Of a DNA stretch of 64,000 nt, positions 62,808 through 64,000 are shown piece after piece. Positions within the stretch are counted from its first letter, which is position 1; each line of letters opens with the position of its first letter. The translations under genes and the position numbers were made by a program. The DNA is taken from positions 92,057 through 156,056 of the forward strand of contig JAADJD010000038.1 of the NCBI GenBank assembly GCA_013150955.1, in the 5' to 3' direction. Below the pieces are notes generated by a model. It was given only the letters and a program-made list of their open reading frames with translations, was not told the origin of the DNA and made no database searches. This DNA comes from Calditrichota bacterium. GTDB taxonomy: Bacteria; Calditrichota; Calditrichia; RBG-13-44-9; J042.

Positions 62808-64000
62808 CTATTTTAAAACCACCATTTTCCGGATGGTGGTTTGGTCATTTACTCTGAGCACATAAAAATAGGTTCCCGATGGTAATAGAAAAGAGGACAC
62901 CCTTACCTGATAAAAGCCCGGCAAATGCCGCTCATCCACCAAAACGTCCACCTCCCGACCCAGAAGATCATATATCTTCAGACTCACATGAGAGCTCAGC
63001 GGCACATAATAACGGATGATCGTTTCGCCATTAAAAGGGTTCGGGTAGTTTTGGAACAACTGAAATCTGGCTGAAAGATTTGGGGAATCGTGAATAATAC
63101 CGGTTAAATCCGGATCGTAAATCTCACACATTTCTGTGGGGAAAACAAGTGGAATACCTGTGGTATCCGTCCAGGAACGGCCACCAATACTCAAAATGCG
63201 TCCATCCGGAAGCAGATTCATGGTTGGGATCTCTTTGACAACGGGATAAGATCCCAAATAAACCGGCTGGAAGTTCTCCGGATCATACAACTCCCAGGTA
63301 ATATTCACCGACCCACCCGCAACCAGAATTCTTCCATTGGGCAACAATAAGGAGTAATGACTTATTCTTCCTTCAAACATATCCCCAACCCTTTGCCAGC
63401 TATTATTTTCAGGATCGTAAAGCTCACAGGAAGATAACCATTTGCGACGCTCCCTATCCCTTCCTCCCATGACCAAAACCCTTCCATCTGGAAGCAATAT
63501 ATCCGAATGCCGCTCCCTGGAGGAATCCAGTTCGGCGGCAAGCTGCCATTGCCCGGTATTCGGATCGAACAGCTCGCACCTCTTGACACTGGAACCGCCC
63601 ACAACCAAAACCCGGCCATCCATCAACAGGGTCGCCGTATGCCCTTTCCGCCCATAACGCATCGAATCAACGAATTGCCACCGTTCCAACCAGGGATCAT
63701 AAATCTCCGCGCTTTTCTCATAGGGATAAGATAAACCCACAAATCCGCCCGTCACCAGCACCCTCCCATCCGATAAAAGCGTCGCGGTAAAAAAAGAATT
63801 CCTTTCCGTGTTCAATGAATCCGTCCACCGCCATTGCTCCGTTTCGGGATCAAAAATCTCGCAACTGCGGTTCTTATAACCCCCAATGGCCAATACTTCT
63901 CCTGTGTGCAATAGCACCAGCTTATGATTGGCCCGTCCACTGTTCATATTCGATGTATAGCGCCATTTGCCAGTGGATACATCATAGATCTCACAACTAT
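62808..64000 (-). CDS. Kelch-repeat protein with T9SS-type C-terminal domain, 5' end outside window
   Basis: Repeated HTATLL.DGRVLV.GG...CE.YDP....W; NYPNPFN...KIYDLLGREV...SGTYFY...RKMVVLK. The frame stays open to the window edge (SCEIYDVSTGKWRYTSN precedes the listed Met). Confidence 0.9.
   Translation of the reverse strand, partial: SCEIYDVSTGKWRYTSNMNSGRANHKLVLLHTGEVLAIGGYKNRSCEIFDPETEQWRWTDSLNTERNSFFTATLLSDGRVLVTGGFVGLSYPYEKSAEIYDPWLERWQFVDSMRYGRKGHTATLLMDGRVLVVGGSSVKRCELFDPNTGQWQLAAELDSSRERHSDILLPDGRVLVMGGRDRERRKWLSSCELYDPENNSWQRVGDMFEGRISHYSLLLPNGRILVAGGSVNITWELYDPENFQPVYLGSYPVVKEIPTMNLLPDGRILSIGGRSWTDTTGIPLVFPTEMCEIYDPDLTGIIHDSPNLSARFQLFQNYPNPFNGETIIRYYVPLSSHVSLKIYDLLGREVDVLVDERHLPGFYQVRVSSFLLPSGTYFYVLRVNDQTTIRKMVVLK

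Overview
This 64-kb bacterial window is mostly minus-strand. The PorV-family barrel and FlgD-Ig/T9SS-type C-terminal sorting domains suggest an FCB-related lineage such as Calditrichota (inference). Ordinary content: a patatin-POTRA gene running off the left edge, DUF4175/DUF4159/DUF456, ytxG/ytxH-like genes, an EEP lipoprotein, ndk-sucD-sucC, carbamate kinase next to a COG2403 protein (probable arginine synthetase ArcE), pckA, a PlsC-like acyltransferase, the ffh-rpsP-khpA-rimM-trmD-rplS cluster, and two further CTD-bearing secreted proteins. Three items stand out. (1) A tightly packed 22-kb gene run (29362 to 7038) encodes a small exported protein, a 5420-aa secreted Ig-repeat protein, a PorV-like barrel with a TPR tail, a membrane RsbW-kinase/HAMP/PP2C fusion and a STAS protein. 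The last two both carry C-terminal helix-turn-helix modules resembling the IS481 transposase DNA-binding region, making this a candidate trans-envelope partner-switching system with direct DNA output. (2) A 2890-aa polypeptide fuses an FAD-linked oxidoreductase, four [4Fe-4S] motifs, two glutamate-synthase FMN barrels, an internal class II amidotransferase and a GXGXG domain. (3) A ~167-bp AT-rich inverted-repeat element (9 near-complete and 7 truncated copies) sits at T-N-A triplets and repeatedly abuts truncated copies of itself. No rRNA, tRNA, CRISPR array or intact transposase was recognised. All family assignments come from motif recognition by eye, not from database searches.
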